Below are positions 42,290-55,796 of a stretch of 64,000 bases of DNA, piece by piece (the first letter of the stretch is position 1; each line of letters begins with the position of its first letter). Origin of the DNA: Octopus vulgaris (lineage: Eukaryota); assembly GCA_951406725.2 (NCBI GenBank), contig OX597817.1:62248001-62312000 (forward strand), written 5' to 3'. Made by a program: the position numbers and the translations under genes. Below the pieces are notes generated by a model. That model was not told the DNA's origin. It ran no database searches and saw nothing but the letters and a program-made list of their open reading frames with translations.

Positions 42290-42761
42290 GGCGAAGAACA
42301 GCCAGTCTCACTCAGAAAGAACTGGACGAAAGAAGATTAAAAATTATATTATTACATCAATTACAAGAAGTGAGACGAAAGAAGGGCACAAGATGCAAGA
42401 CGACAGGCTCGAAGACGTCAAAATGAAAAGGAGAACTTCATTGCACAAAGGAGAAATATCCAAAGACAGAGCGCAGCACAAAAGCGCCAAGATGAAACAG
42501 ACTAGCAAGCAGCAGAGAAGAGGGATGACCTAAGAATAAGAGCATCATAAAGGCACCAAGATGAAACGGAAGAGCAGGCAGCAGAGATGAGAGAAGTTCT
42601 AAGAATGAGAGCATCGCAAAGGCGACAAGATGAAACGGAAGAGCAATCAGCACAAAGGAGAGAAATCGAAAGAGGGAGAACATCGCAAAGGCACCACGGT
42701 GAACCGGAAGAGCAAGCATCAGAAAGGAGAGAGGTTCTAAGAGAGAGAGAGAGTGAAAGGG

Positions 42762-42806
<45 letters not shown>

Positions 42807-43845
42807 AGACTAGAGAATGAAACTGAAGAAGAAGCAAATGTGCGCTGAGGGCGAATGAGGAGAATGGAAGAATTAATTAATACTGAAACGGATGAACGAA
42901 GAAATAATCGAACGGAGCGAAGTGCGAAAAGTTGGAAATCATGTAAATTTAGTAAATAATCATATATATAATGAAAAGAATGTTCCGGTTCATAACTGGT
43001 GATATGAACACATTGTGTCTATTTTGTAGATCCACACATTTTGCTTCAAAGCGACCATCAGACGGATAATTTGCTGCCATAAAGGGTAAGTCTTGCCTCC
43101 AATTAAAAGAGAATTTCCTCCATATTTTCGATCTCTGTTGTTAGACCCTCAACAGCTACATGATGTTAACTTCAAATAAAACATAAGACCACACAAGTCT
43201 GCTCTGTCTTTCGCATCTACGGGCGCTCACATTGATGAACCAAAAGGACGAGGTCCATTTTGCTTCAGAGTGCACGGACAAGTTTATCACAGGACTTCGA
43301 ACATTCAACCTGTTGAGGACCAACAGAAGCAATTTGAGCAAGTGTATGCTGTTGACGGCGTTCAAGTCCAACTTAAGTGCGGGCTCAGAATGCAGCAAAT
43401 GAAAGAAGTATACCTGAGGTGTTGCCAGATTGTGTGAGGTTATCAGAGAGAACAATGTCCATGCTGCATCTTACGGGATATTAATTGCATGAGGAGCAGC
43501 ATGCCCCACAGAAGCTATGTCTGTCGTACATTTAGCCTTCAAGATGGATCGCACTGTTGATAGATGGAAATACAATTTACCAACAGTTAATGAAATAGCT
43601 ATGGTCTTCATCAATACTGACGGCGAGCCACCATTCGACAGATATTTCAAAGTTTACCCAAGAAACTATGAAGTCCCTGCGATCAATCTGAACATTCTTA
43701 GCCCCGACCTCGACCCAATGATGCATGTATTGTTTTTTTCTATATGGAGAGCTAGGATGGCAACCACATATGATTGGTAATAAGATAGAGCAAACTCAAG
43801 GCAAAATGTTACAATGCTCCAATATAAAGTATCTAGCATTCATCA
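42290..43845 (+). pseudogene. Helitron RepHel N-terminal fragment, decayed
   Basis: Repeated RRQDETEEQ units, then MNTLCLFCRSTHF..CCHKG zinc motif, NIRPHKSALSFASTGA..GRGPFCFRVHGQVYH, YNLPTVNEIA and LDPMMHVLFF. These resemble helitron_like_N motifs. Many stops and frameshifts. Confidence 0.85.
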
Positions 43846-43854
43846 TGACAAATG

Positions 43855-44991
43855 TTAAGTGTCCCTTGAAAAAACAATGAAAATTGGAACACGAACAAAA
43901 AAGAAAACCTTACTATTAATATTTTCTTAACGTCCCTTTACTATCAATGACTTCCTGGCATCTGTTACCACAGGACTGAATTCATTTCTTGTAAAATGAT
44001 GAAGTAATATTGTTCCATTCGTTTTTCAGTAATTCTCAGAGTTCATCGTGGTTCTTCAGATTTCTCCTTCGCGCTCCATCTCCAAGAATCTTCCAAACGT
44101 TTTCTATAGTGTTGACATCGGAACTTTGAGGTGGCCATTTCATGCGATCAACCCCTTCATCACTCAAAAAATATTTAGCTCTCTTCGCAATGTGACAGGG
44201 AGCGTTGTCCTACACGAAAATAGGAGGTTAAGCTGACGAGGAACGGAGATGTGGAAAGGCATGCTTGTAGATTTCAGCATTGACAATCCCTTGTAGTCGA
44301 ATAAGTGGACCAGGACCAGCAGCAGAAGTCATTCCCCACACCATTACACTGCCTTCTCCATATTTAACTGTCTTCTTCACACATGCACGAGGTGACCTTT
44401 CGCCACCTCCTCGTCGGACGTACATCCCGCCATCGGAATATCTCAACAGAATTCTTTAACCTATCCTTAAGTGATGTTCTAAGCATATGATCCTGTCTTG
44501 GGGAAGTTTTACGAGGTCTACTGGCTGTTTTAGCATCTGTCTATTCTGATGATGTAGAATTATGATTCGTTGCACAGCACTTCTAGACCATCTTACAATA
44601 GCTGTTATCACAGAATTTGATATACCCTCTTGGTGAAAACATCCAATCCTTTGCTTTTCATCACAGGACACCAGTCGTCACTCACAAACCACCATGTTGA
44701 CAATTGAATGTTTCAATAATGTAAGATGATAAGAAGTAACTGTTGTCCTATTAAGTGTTCTAAACACTAAATACCAGGGTTAGTAATTCATTTTTTTCTA
44801 CGTGATCCTTAACCTTTGGCGGCTGCAATTTGGAAGATTGTTTCTTTAATTACGAAATATTTATTCCATTCACTTGAAACTTTCAACAAAGATAGAATTT
44901 ATATATATCTAAATATATGTAAAACATCTAGTCTCAAATTATAATTTATCTACACTTGTTCTTACTGATCCTTATATTATGACCTCTACTG
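43855..44991 (-). mobile_element. Tc1-family (DD34E) transposon, decayed, one TIR retained
   Basis: TA-CAGTAGAGGTCATAATATAAGGATCA terminus at 44991. HTH remnant, TVKYGEGSVMVWG, DNAPCH and WPPQSSDVNTIENVW on the minus strand. Confidence 0.88.
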
Positions 44992-46175
44992 TATACATAT
45001 ATGTATGTATGTATATATATATATATATGTGTATATATATATATATATGTATATTGTGTATATAATATGTAAAGAGGAGACATGCGATCAGTTTAATATA
45101 CCAGGTAGTATTCTTTATTAATTGCATGTGGAATGAACCAAGATTTAATCTCAGACTACAGAAAGAAACAATTTCTGCTTCCGGCTTTTACACTAGCATT
45201 TACTATTTCCTCTAAACCAACCAGGAATTAATGAAGATCGATGAATATAAGTCAAGGAACTTGGGCCAATTGATATAATTGTAGGGAAAACTTGTTGACA
45301 TCATCGTATCATCAATTAACACAAATGATCATTGCATATTTTATCTCATAGCTTTTAAGTCAAATGACTCTAGTAATTGAAGATCCCAGTGTTTTAGATA
45401 AATTCGCATAATAGATTTTCAATGCTACAGAGTAATTGTTGGCTTTTACTTAATGACACATGAATATTTCTCATTTGGAGCTAGCAACGAATATTTTACC
45501 AACAGCTTAACGCAGTGTTTCCCAAACTTTTCACGCCAAATTGCAATATCGTCCACTTATCGGCAAAAAAACAATTCCATCGCCCAATCTGAAAACGAAA
45601 AACCCTGATACAACTCCAAAACACAAAATCCCCTAGGAACCGCCCCCACGTCCTTGTATTATTTGACACACACAATATATTGTAGACTCGCTGCCCGGTT
45701 GGTGCTGTTTGGACTAAATATGAGGTTGTTTACAAATTGCCGGTATCTTTTGGCTGCCGACAAAAACAAAACTGCGCTTGAGCGGTGGATTTGAAAAAAT
45801 TAAAATGTATAAGTAAGAGGCACATGTATGAGGATTGGCCTCGTGTTTATATGCTTAATCCTGGCATACCTGTTGACGAAGACTTCGCCTAGCAAATTAT
45901 TTTATTTGCTAAAATATGTCAGAAACCATGGTCCATGAAATATATGGTAAATGTTATAATTTTTCCTTCCCTTCGAGAATTTATCCCTAATTAGTGATAT
46001 GGACTTTAGGTGCTCTTTCTAGCGTAAGGGATTCCTATGATAGAAACCTCTTAATGTTTTTAAATGTACACTGTATTTTATATGAATAATATATAGTTTA
46101 TTGACTAACTTTTCTATACGCTAGGCCACTGGTATTAAAAATTTCTAAAATATTTATTACCCTGATATTACTAAT

Positions 46176-46207
<32 letters not shown>

Positions 46208-46574
46208 CTAGCAGTATCGCCCGGCGTTGCTCAGGTTTGTAAGGGAAATAACTATAAAGCATTTTTAGAGAGTTATAGCCAAAAAATAGCAAAAAAATGG
46301 AAAAAAAATGATGGTAAATTTTTTTTGAGAGTTAAAACAGGTGGAGTTGCGTCCCCTAGACGGTCTGTGGTTTGGGTTTCTCATTCTCGACCCCATGTCG
46401 AATTTATCGATTTTTTTCAGAACTGGGGGAACTTTTCAAAATTTTCGCTGCGTTAGTTTTGAATTATGACATTGGGCTATGTGTGTGTCAAGTTTCATCA
46501 GAATCGGTTGAAAGCCGTGGTCAGAGTGAGGGTACGAGAAAACAGACACACAGAAAACGCACAGACAAACTGCC

Positions 46575-46580
<6 letters not shown>
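46208..46580 (-). mobile_element. Non-autonomous Helitron
   Basis: 3' end CCTGAGCAACGCCGGGCGATACTGCTAG|T on the minus strand. The 5' end merges into (TA)n. Confidence 0.75.
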
Positions 46581-46661
<81 letters not shown>

Positions 46662-46672
46662 CATACATATAA

Positions 46673-46712
<40 letters not shown>

Positions 46713-47021
46713 GTATGTGTGTGTTAGTAGTGCATTTGTCGTGTGTGCGTGTGTGTGTGTGTTCGGAAAATAGCAATACTTTCTAAGTACTGTTATTATT
46801 TCTACTGGTCTCTCTGAAGTTGATACGCTTTGAATGCAAACTATCAACCACCCTTCGTAAACTATTATATCATACGCCTATGGCGTATGTTGAAAATGTT
46901 ACACACACACGCACACACACAAATTCGGTTTGCGTTGTTGTTAAAATACCACCCAGTATTTTACAATAGTCCTTTTTATTACTAGTTTCCAACTGATGAT
47001 TGTCGTGATTTATATTGATTT

Positions 47022-47240
47022 AATGCGGCAAGCTAGTAGAGTAGCTAGCACACTGGGCGAAATGCTTAGCGACATCTCGTCTGTCTCTACGTTCTGAGTT
47101 CAAATTCTACCGAGGTCAACTTTGTCTTTTATCCTGTCGGGTCGATAAACTTAGTGCCAATGAAACATTTGGATCGATGTAATCGATTAGACCCCACCCC
47201 TAAAAAACTTCATGCCTTGTGCATGTGACAGAAAGGATCA
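47022..47240 (+). mobile_element. SINE family B
   Basis: GCGGCAAGCTAGTAGA...GAAATGCTTAGCG...GAGTTCAAATTCTACCGAGGTCAACTTTG. Confidence 0.82.
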
Positions 47241-47259
47241 TCTTATATTATTATATTTA

Positions 47260-47575
47260 CAGACATACCTCAACTTACGTCGATAATTTGTTCAAAACAT
47301 ATGGTTTCATTCGAAAAACGACTTCTTGACTTGAAAGAACCGTTAAAAAACAGAATATATTACCTCACATCTGTTTTAGTAAGTGGTTTGTACGATTTTC
47401 CATTTCAATTGTGGTTTTAACGTGCTTTTTAAACTATTCATGTTTTTAAATATGTTCCTTGAGACAGGCGCAATGTCGTATAAGTTGAGTTTTATTTTGC
47501 TACTGATTTCTTTAGGAAGCGACGTAAAGACCACTCAAAATATAACTCGAAACGACGTAAGTCGAGGTATGTCTG
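47260..47575. mobile_element. Tigger/pogo-like MITE
   Basis: 23-bp TIRs CAGACATACCTC(A/G)ACTTACGTCG match at 22/23, with TA on both sides. Confidence 0.9.
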
Positions 47576-47899
47576 TATCCCCTTCCCAATTTTCTATGTC
47601 TGCGACCTATTCGATTGATAGATCATCAACATTACTGTATACCAGTAACGTGGTATCTTGATGGTTTTTGTTAGGTGTTTATCGTGACAAGTTTACCGTG
47701 CAAGCTTGTTGAATACGACCTTTGATAACGGTTTTGGTTTAACCTCTGTAGCTTTTCTCTTTCTCCAAACTAATTGTTCATCTCCGGATACACGAACAAC
47801 TTTTTCTTGGAAAGCTACCAAATTATCATTCTTTCAACTGCCATATTTTTTCTTTCTTTTTTTTTCGTTCGTAAAATACTTCCAAATCTATTTTCAACA

Positions 47900-48330
47900 C
47901 TGGTGTTCCTGGCTGGACATATATACCTCACTAGAAATTTTTCCTAACATGTTCCTGGAAAAAATTTTCCAATATGTACAATGTTTTGTAGTATCGTCTT
48001 CTTATCTTTGCGGATTTAGCTCATTGTACTTCGTTAACATTTTTCTAGAGTGTATATCCATTTCATCAAATCCGTTTTTAGTTCACTGAAAGAATGATAC
48101 AGAATAACACAATGGCGATACTGCCTCTATAACGATTCTTTTAACTGTGTGTCTTCTATAAATTTTGTTTCTAAGATGTTCTTCCTAAACATCCTGATAT
48201 GTATTTTTCTCAAACTTTACTTTTATTTTTCTTGTTTTATCTCATTATTCTACAAAGCACCCAGGTATTTATATCATTCACGCCTCTTCACTGATCGTAA
48301 TGTTTTGTTGTCTGAAAAACAGAACTCCAT
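47900..48330 (-). mobile_element. Old R4/Dong-type LINE RT C-terminal remnant
   Basis: Minus strand YKYLG followed, after frameshifts, by AVSPLCYSVSFFQ*TKNGFDEMDIHSRKMLTKYNELNP. This parallels the 31.87-31.98 kb segment. Confidence 0.55.
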
Positions 48331-49012
48331 CACACTTCACCGGTTTTCTTCTCTTTCTAATATATATGAGACATTTTCAATAGAAAACTGCACACAAATA
48401 TATCTGCTGAAGATGCTAACAGACAGTATCAAATAATCCTGTTGCAATATTTCATATAAATTAAGCTCTAGAGTAACGCACGGACATTATGGAAGTTTTC
48501 GCTTCATACGGAGCTGTGTGGGCAATAATCTTCCCTCGCAATTAGTGCTTTTACAACCAAATGTCTTATATTATATTCCAGGAACTCCTGACAGATTAAT
48601 GCCTAGTGAAATACTATTGTACGCGGCAACTGTGTTGAAGCCCATCATAAATACATATATATGTGTGTGTATGTGTGTGAGTGTGTATATGGCATGTATG
48701 AGTGTTTATGTATATATATGTATGTATTATATGAATGTATGTATATATATATATGCTTATTATATGTATATGTATATATGTGTATATATATATAAGTGTT
48801 TTACTCTTTATCTTTTATTAAACTTTTAATACTTTTGATATTTCTATATTAAAAAAAAATGTTTAATAAAAAAAAAAATATAAAAATAAAAATAAATGAA
48901 TAAATAGATAAATAAATAGATAAATAAATAAAATAATATATAAATATAAAAATATACATACATATATATATACATATATATTTGTATATATATATTTAAA
49001 ATTTATAACTCT

Positions 49013-49428
49013 CTCTTTTACTCTTTACTTGTTTCAGTCATTTGACTGCGGCCATGCTGGAGCACCGCCTTTAGTCGAGCAAATCGACCCCGGGACTTAT
49101 TCTTTGTAAGCCCGGTACTTATTCTATCGGTCTCTTTTGCCGAACCGCTAAGTGACGGGGACGTAAACACACCAGCATCGTTTGTCAAGCAATGCTAGGG
49201 GGACAAACACACACACACAAACACTCACACACATACACACATATATATATATATACATATATACGACAGGCTTCTTTCAGTTTCCGTCTACCAAATCCAC
49301 TCACAAGGCATTGGTCGACCCGGGGCTATAGCAGAAGACACTTGCCCAAGATGCCACGCAGTGGGACTGAACCCGGAACCATGTGGTTGGTTAGCAAGCT
49401 ACTTACCACACAGCCACTCCTGCGCCTT
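49013..49428 (-). mobile_element. SINE family A, best preserved copy
   Basis: AGGCGCAGGAGTGGCTGTGTGG (A box), GGTTCAGTCCC (B box), internal (TA)/(TG) tract, tail hairpin CAGTCA-AA-TGACTG, (AAAGAGT)n-like end. Confidence 0.92.
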
Positions 49429-49644
49429 TAAAGTTTAAATTATTTATATAATTTTTTAATTTTTAATTTTTATATTTTAAAATTAATTTTATGTATTGGC
49501 TTATGTTTTTCACTGTTTGATTTGCATAATAGTGGTTTTATCTCTAATTTAATATAATATAATATAGTATATTTATACTATAAAATTGGATTTAATCCTA
49601 AATCTAATTATTCCCTGTAAGTTTGGATTTATTCCCTAATATTA

Positions 49645-49705
<61 letters not shown>

Positions 49706-49789
49706 TATGTATAAATGCACATATGCGTGTGTATGTGTGCATGTGTGAGTTAGTGTGCCTGTGTACGTGTAAGACCTTGTATTTGTGAT

Positions 49790-49985
49790 TTTATATTTCA
49801 GTGCTTGACAATCACTGTTAGTCTGTTTCCTCGTAACTAAGTGCTTCGGTAAAATAGAGAAACAGTAGAATGTATATAAAAGACTCAAAAATCATTGCTA
49901 GTGTCATTTAATTGACTAAACATTTCAAGGTGGTGTCCAAGCATGACTGAAACCAAATGATTGAAACAAGACCGGGATAAAATAA
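49790..49985 (+). mobile_element. SINE family A, degenerate 3' half
   Basis: TCAAGGTGGTGTCCAAGCATGACTGAAACCAAATGATTGAAACAAG tail remnant. Confidence 0.55.
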
Positions 49986-50257
49986 TAAAAGAAATTGATA
50001 CCTTCACAACATTTGGTATTATGACTTTTGCTACATGTAATCAATAAGAAACTGAATTAGTTTTTCCTTAAAGCACATATTTAATTCCTAATGTTTCCCG
50101 AAACGCTTTAAAGCTAGTTGCCACAACTCACCTGTGTAATCCATCATGAATGCTTAATAACTCGAACTCGGTGCGTTCAATTTTTCTATAATCCAACAAT
50201 AAGGGTCATCTCGTCTCATTTGTACATAATTCGTATTTAAAGTTACTCGTGTCGGGA

Positions 50258-50422
50258 CGACGTGCTGATCGTTAGTACACCGGGAAAATTGTTAGAGGTA
50301 TTTCTTCCGGTTTTATGTTCAGCGTTCAAATTCCACCGATGTCACCTTTACCTTTCGTAGTCGATAAACGACTAACTCTTACCCCCAAATTCCAGGCCTT
50401 ATACCTTTAGTAGAAAGGATTA
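50258..50422 (+). mobile_element. SINE family B, degenerate
   Basis: GTTCAAATTCCACCGATGTCACCTTTACCTTTC and CCAGGCCTTATACCTTTAGTAGAAAGGATTATT. Confidence 0.7.
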
Positions 50423-51609
50423 TTTATTTATTGATGTGTCATTTTACCAATATACATCAAATAACCTGTCGTCCCTTATCTTTTCTGGCATACTTTCAAT
50501 AACTCGGGAAGTAGTGTGATTGATTCAGCCAACGAGGAAACCGCCGCACAATCGGCCTCAGAGGCTGAAAAATATAGCTGTATGTGTGCGAAAAGCAAGA
50601 CAGTGTGTGTATTTTTGGAATGTAACTTTATGTTGATACTGATATAAAAAAAAACAGCAACCGATCATTTCCTCTCAACATTCTCTCTAAGGGACACAAT
50701 TCATCTCTACTTTAGCAGTAATCAATATATATTAAGAGACGCTGATGTTCAGACTGAGATAAAAAATAGAAAAAAAATTCTCATTTCAATTTCTCTTAAA
50801 ATATTACTTTCTTTAGGATTTTTTACTCATTTGAACAAATAGATTTGACCTCACTTTATTGAGAATTGATCATGGTCTTCTTTATTTGCAACAACCCCAC
50901 TGGTCAACACTCTAGTTATAATCCTCTTCGTTACTCCAAATTGCTAGACATCGAGCAGTTTTCAAGAGTGATTAGAATTTTCTTTTTAGTTGATTATTTC
51001 TAAACATTTTGGTTTTGTTTCGTGTCCCTCTTTGATTTAAACCATTGACGATATCCATTATGCTAACTTCTATTCATTGCTTTGTTTCTCCCAAGAAAGT
51101 CTGCACATTATCCGTTTTAGTCCACACTTCATTAATAATTTTACATAAACATTAATGTTTTTCATTATATTTTTGAAAGGTGGAGAAATTAGCTTCAAGA
51201 CATCCATACATGCTACTTCGTAGTGTCAAGAAGAGAAAAGAAAAGTAAACCGGAAGTTATTGTCGAGAACTAGGAGATAATACTTCGCTACAAAGATGAA
51301 ATATAGTTCCAACGAAATTGCTATAACACAAAGAGAAAATTACTCCCATGACAAAACATATACGAATATAAGTATTAAGAAAGCAGGGTGTGGATAATAG
51401 AAACAAATCATGATTTTAATATTAACTGTGCTTGAAACAATGACAAGATAAGCATACTTTCGAGGAGGATGCCAATGTGTAGACATTCATATATACAGCA
51501 TGAAAAGTTACAAAGAAAAGTAGTAGAACTTGTTAATCTATCTTTATTATAGAAAATGTACAATAGGCGAGACACTGGAATAACAAATGTTAAACATAAA
51601 GGAGAGCTA

Positions 51610-51758
51610 CACACGCACGTACACACACACACGCACGTACACACACACACACACATACACACATATATATACACAAGCACAAGGCGGAAGCCCACTTTCT
51701 CTCTCTTTCACACATGTATATATAAACACACATACATACATATATATGTATGTATATA

Positions 51759-51815
<57 letters not shown>

Positions 51816-51931
51816 AATACATATATACATGCATACATATATATATACATATATATGTATACAAATATATATATATATATACACAAAAACATGTATATAT
51901 ATGTGTATATATACAAGCATATATATACACA

Positions 51932-51972
<41 letters not shown>

Positions 51973-52500
51973 ACATACACATATATATATATACACATAC
52001 ATATATACATGCATACATACATACATACATACATACATACATACATACATACATACATACATACATACATACATACATACATACATACAAGCACCGAGAT
52101 GCAGTTATAAACAGTCGCCAATCAAAATATATGGCTAACGCTAGTGACAATATAGATTTGTATAAATACAAATTATCTGTGTTAGTATGCAAAGAAAAAA
52201 AATTCTACCTAGAGATATGTATAATTAATATCACCCGACATTGATATTGACATTGTCTCGAAATTGGATTATGGTATATATTTTCCTTTTTTTTTATGAA
52301 TACAGTGAAATAAATTAAGATATATTTATGTATTTATGATTGTGTGTATATATATATATGTATGTATGTACGTATGTATGTACGTATGTATGTGCGTATG
52401 TATGTATCCTTATGTATCCGTATGTATGTATGTATGTATGTATGTATGTATGTATGTATGTATGTATGTACGTATGTATGTATGTATGTATGTATGCATA
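51610..52500. repeat. Compound (CA)n/(TA)n/(CATA)n/(TATG)n microsatellites
   Basis: Directly visible. Source of many spurious ORFs. Confidence 0.95.
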
Positions 52501-52689
52501 GCGTGTTTGAAGCAATCTACGAATATTGTATGTTAAGAAAAAGCAGGCAGTCAGAATTTTGGATAATTGTTTATTAGCGCTTTCCTCCATTCATGAGAAT
52601 TTTTCAAAATAAATTTTATAGAAAGTTTCATGGATTTTATACAAATAGAGAATATTTTATTCGTCCTCAGTCGAAAGACATCTGTTGTT

Positions 52690-53010
52690 ATATTCTGGTT
52701 GCTTGAATTTGTAACTGTGTTCTCCGTTTTCTGTCTTTGTTGCCGTACACATTCGCTAGATTTCTTACAAAAAATCTAATGCTCTTAACTTAGACTATTT
52801 TGGGGGCAACAAGATCGAACTGTCTCAAGTGCAACTGCCCGAAACAGTAAGGACTTCTGGTAACTTCGACTCAGGAAAGGAGGCTACGAATGATCCGTCT
52901 TTTTTTCCCTGTCCTTCTAACTGCTGTTTCTCATGTCCGCCTTCGTATCGTCTATCTGTCCCAATGTTTTATTGTCTTCTGTTCCCTTTTTGTTCCAGTT
53001 TTTTTATATA
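52690..53010 (+). repeat. Interspersed repeat shared with 55330-55625 (probable Penelope-type terminal fragment)
   Basis: AATCTAATGCTCTTA.CTTAG...TGGGG...GAAC..TCTCAAG...CGAATGA.CCGT in both copies, each ending at a TA tract. Confidence 0.6.
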
Positions 53011-54111
53011 TATTTTGAGGATGGTTTTTCATTTAAAAGTAGCAAATGACATTTCAAGATGTCGCTTTTGCTTTTTAACGAAAAGGAGAAAAAGGACAGG
53101 GACGAGCGTAAGAGAGAAAGAGAGAGAAAGAAAGAAGAAGTGAAAAATTAAAGTGGTGAAATTGAAAGATAAAGGGGCATTTTCCAATTGTATTGTATCC
53201 ATGTGGTCAGACTTTTGAAGTTTAATTACAATTCAAGGTATCAATATTTATTATTTTGGAAAGAATGTAACCCTATCTTATGTCTTTCACTCTCTCTCAC
53301 ACACACGAAACCTTACGGAAGTGGTCGAGCAACACAACAACTGCATAAAAGTCAGTCAGAGAATTCGCCTTCAAAGGAGATTAGAATTTTTCCATTTCCT
53401 TCAAAATTAATAAATGTCTTCCCTGAGAAAAGTCTGCAAACGTCTACAATGCATCTCGTATATATGAACGTATACATACATGTATACACACACACACACG
53501 CACGCATACACACACACACACATACATATATATATATATGTATATATAAACAGGAACATGCAAATTAATACACATAGGCGTATGCATCTGTATGAAGGTA
53601 GAATATCGTATATATTTCTGCATATATCTACAAAATACATATATGCATATATATGGAAGGAAGAAGACAGCTTGATGCAGACATATTCATACAAAAACGA
53701 CGTCCAATCAATTCTTCTTGGGGTTAGAACGTCTCTTTTATTCTGTCATTCATTTTATGCAGTTATTTTGCACAGTGAATAAAAGCAGACGATGTCACTC
53801 TACTTTTATTCTTCTTACATTCAAGGGAGAATTATTAATGATATGAGTTTCTCTCGACAGAAAACAACATATCTCATGATGCGTCCCTCAAAGTGCTCTC
53901 AACAAAATGAGTATTTATGCGTCATTCAGTTATGGACTTCAATTTCTAAAGAATTTTAATGACAGTTTGAGAAATGGTAAGACATGATAAAGTAGGAAGA
54001 AATCTGGGGAAAAGATATCTATAAACAAAATTAACAAGAAAAGTAATGAAGCAGAAGAAATCTATTTTATATGAATGACTATCATAATATGACATATGCT
54101 ATATGTTGATT

Positions 54112-54235
54112 GTGGAGACGTGTGTTTTTGTGGTTAGGGGCATTGGGATCATGATCGTAAGATTGTGGGTTCTATTCTCAGGCTGGGCAATGCGGTGTGT
54201 TCCTGAGCAAAACACTTCATTTAACGTTACTACAC
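54112..54235 (+). mobile_element. SINE family C head, degenerate
   Basis: GGAGACGTGTG..GTGGTTAGGG...GGGTTCTATTC...TGAGCAAAACAC resembles the head at 30678. Confidence 0.55.
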
Positions 54236-55034
54236 TGCTCTCACAAACACAACCACACATACACAGATACACACACAAGCACGCAAATATATCACACCCC
54301 CCCCCCCCACACACACACATGCATATATGCACAAATATGTACACACACGCACAAACACAATACACCCATTCCCCAGTAAAAAATCACACGCACACAGTCA
54401 AAAGACAAGTATACACACATATACACAAAATAGAATCCCAGCAACCACAAAAAACACAAACACACACGCATGCACACACACAATGACTCACACCACCCCA
54501 ACAAATTCACGACACATACACACACTCACACAAACACAAAAAACATACAAAAGCACACACAGACGTACACACACACACACGTGAACAAACACATACACAC
54601 ACATACGCACATGCAACACCCTGACTAATACTAATCACACACATACACTCACACAAACGTGCACACATATACACACACCATCCTACCAAATATAAAACAC
54701 ACAGAGATCCATATGCACACACCACAATAAACTCTGGGACCAATCAGAAACGCCCCCCCACACACACAAGCACATGTATATACACACACACACATAGAGA
54801 CGTGCACAGACACACACACCAACACCATTCTGACCTCTAAGATCAGTCCCAAAAACTATTGAATCATGTCAGACTAGCCAAGAGATAAAAAAAAATCCTT
54901 TTGATTCCACATTGCTCTTCTTCCCCCCAACCAACCTCCCACACTATCCCTTAAAATAGCAAACATTCCTTAGCTATACACAAGACAGAAAATATCAGAT
55001 AGTCAGGTCAGTTATTCCTCTTAAATATATCTCC

Positions 55035-55096
<62 letters not shown>

Positions 55097-55329
55097 TACC
55101 AAACAAACATGGATTTTTATTGATCTCATGATACTTATTGTAGTCCCGTTCTGAATAATTTCTTAAATACTTTCTTGTAAACTGTTTTTAACATTTTCTT
55201 ATCATTATCAAAGAATATATAACTGTATTTTAATACTTTTGTGATAAGCAGTACTTAAAACAACAAAGCTTATGCAAAGCTTTAGATTTTACTTTTAACA
55301 ATCTTTTTTCTAAAAAAGTGAAACCGGTC

Positions 55330-55623
55330 AACCATCTTGTAACATCGTCTGTTTTTCCGTCCTTGTTTTCGTATACATTCGATGCTTTTTTCCAAGGAAT
55401 CTAATGCTCTTAGCTTAGTTTTTCCTTGGGGCTGGCCAGATTGGAACAATCTCAAGATTCATCAACCTAAATTGCGAGGATGATCCGGTTCTTGACTGAA
55501 GATAAAAGGCTTCGAATGACCCGTTCTTGTTTTTGTGTATCGTCTATCTGGATGTCTTGTTGTCTCTTTTTGTATCACCTAGTTGTCCGGATGCTTTGCG
55601 TTCTTGTCCCATTTTGTATTTTA

Positions 55624-55625
<2 letters not shown>
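55330..55625 (+). repeat. Interspersed repeat shared with 52690-53010
   Basis: See 52690. Abuts, across a (TA)n tract, the 3' end of the large Penelope-like element. Confidence 0.6.
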
Positions 55626-55671
<46 letters not shown>

Positions 55672-55758
55672 AAGGGTGAAAAGGAACACACGAGTTGATA
55701 TATATGAAAAAACAAGTAAAAAATAGAAAATGCTAAAATAATTTTATAGTGAACATTT

Positions 55759-55796
55759 CAGTACCGGTTTCGGTCATTTTGAGACCTTTTCAACTG
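55759..55796 (-). ncRNA. Minimal type I hammerhead ribozyme, U3-A8 variant
   Basis: cag-TTGAAAA-ggtc-tcaaaat-gacc-GAAACCGGTA-ctg. 3-bp stem I, 4-bp stem II, palindromic stem III ACCGGT, GUA triplet. The core C3-G8 pair is replaced by U3-A8. Confidence 0.75.

Noticed and set aside
45513-45660. hAT-like terminus CAGTGTTTCCCAAAC
   Set aside because: No matching second TIR found.
49350-49428. tRNA gene
   Set aside because: A and B boxes are present, but it is a SINE head continuing into a multi-copy body with no full cloverleaf.
50850-51180. Possible decayed Tc1/mariner transposase on the minus strand
   Set aside because: No convincing catalytic motif or TIR seen.
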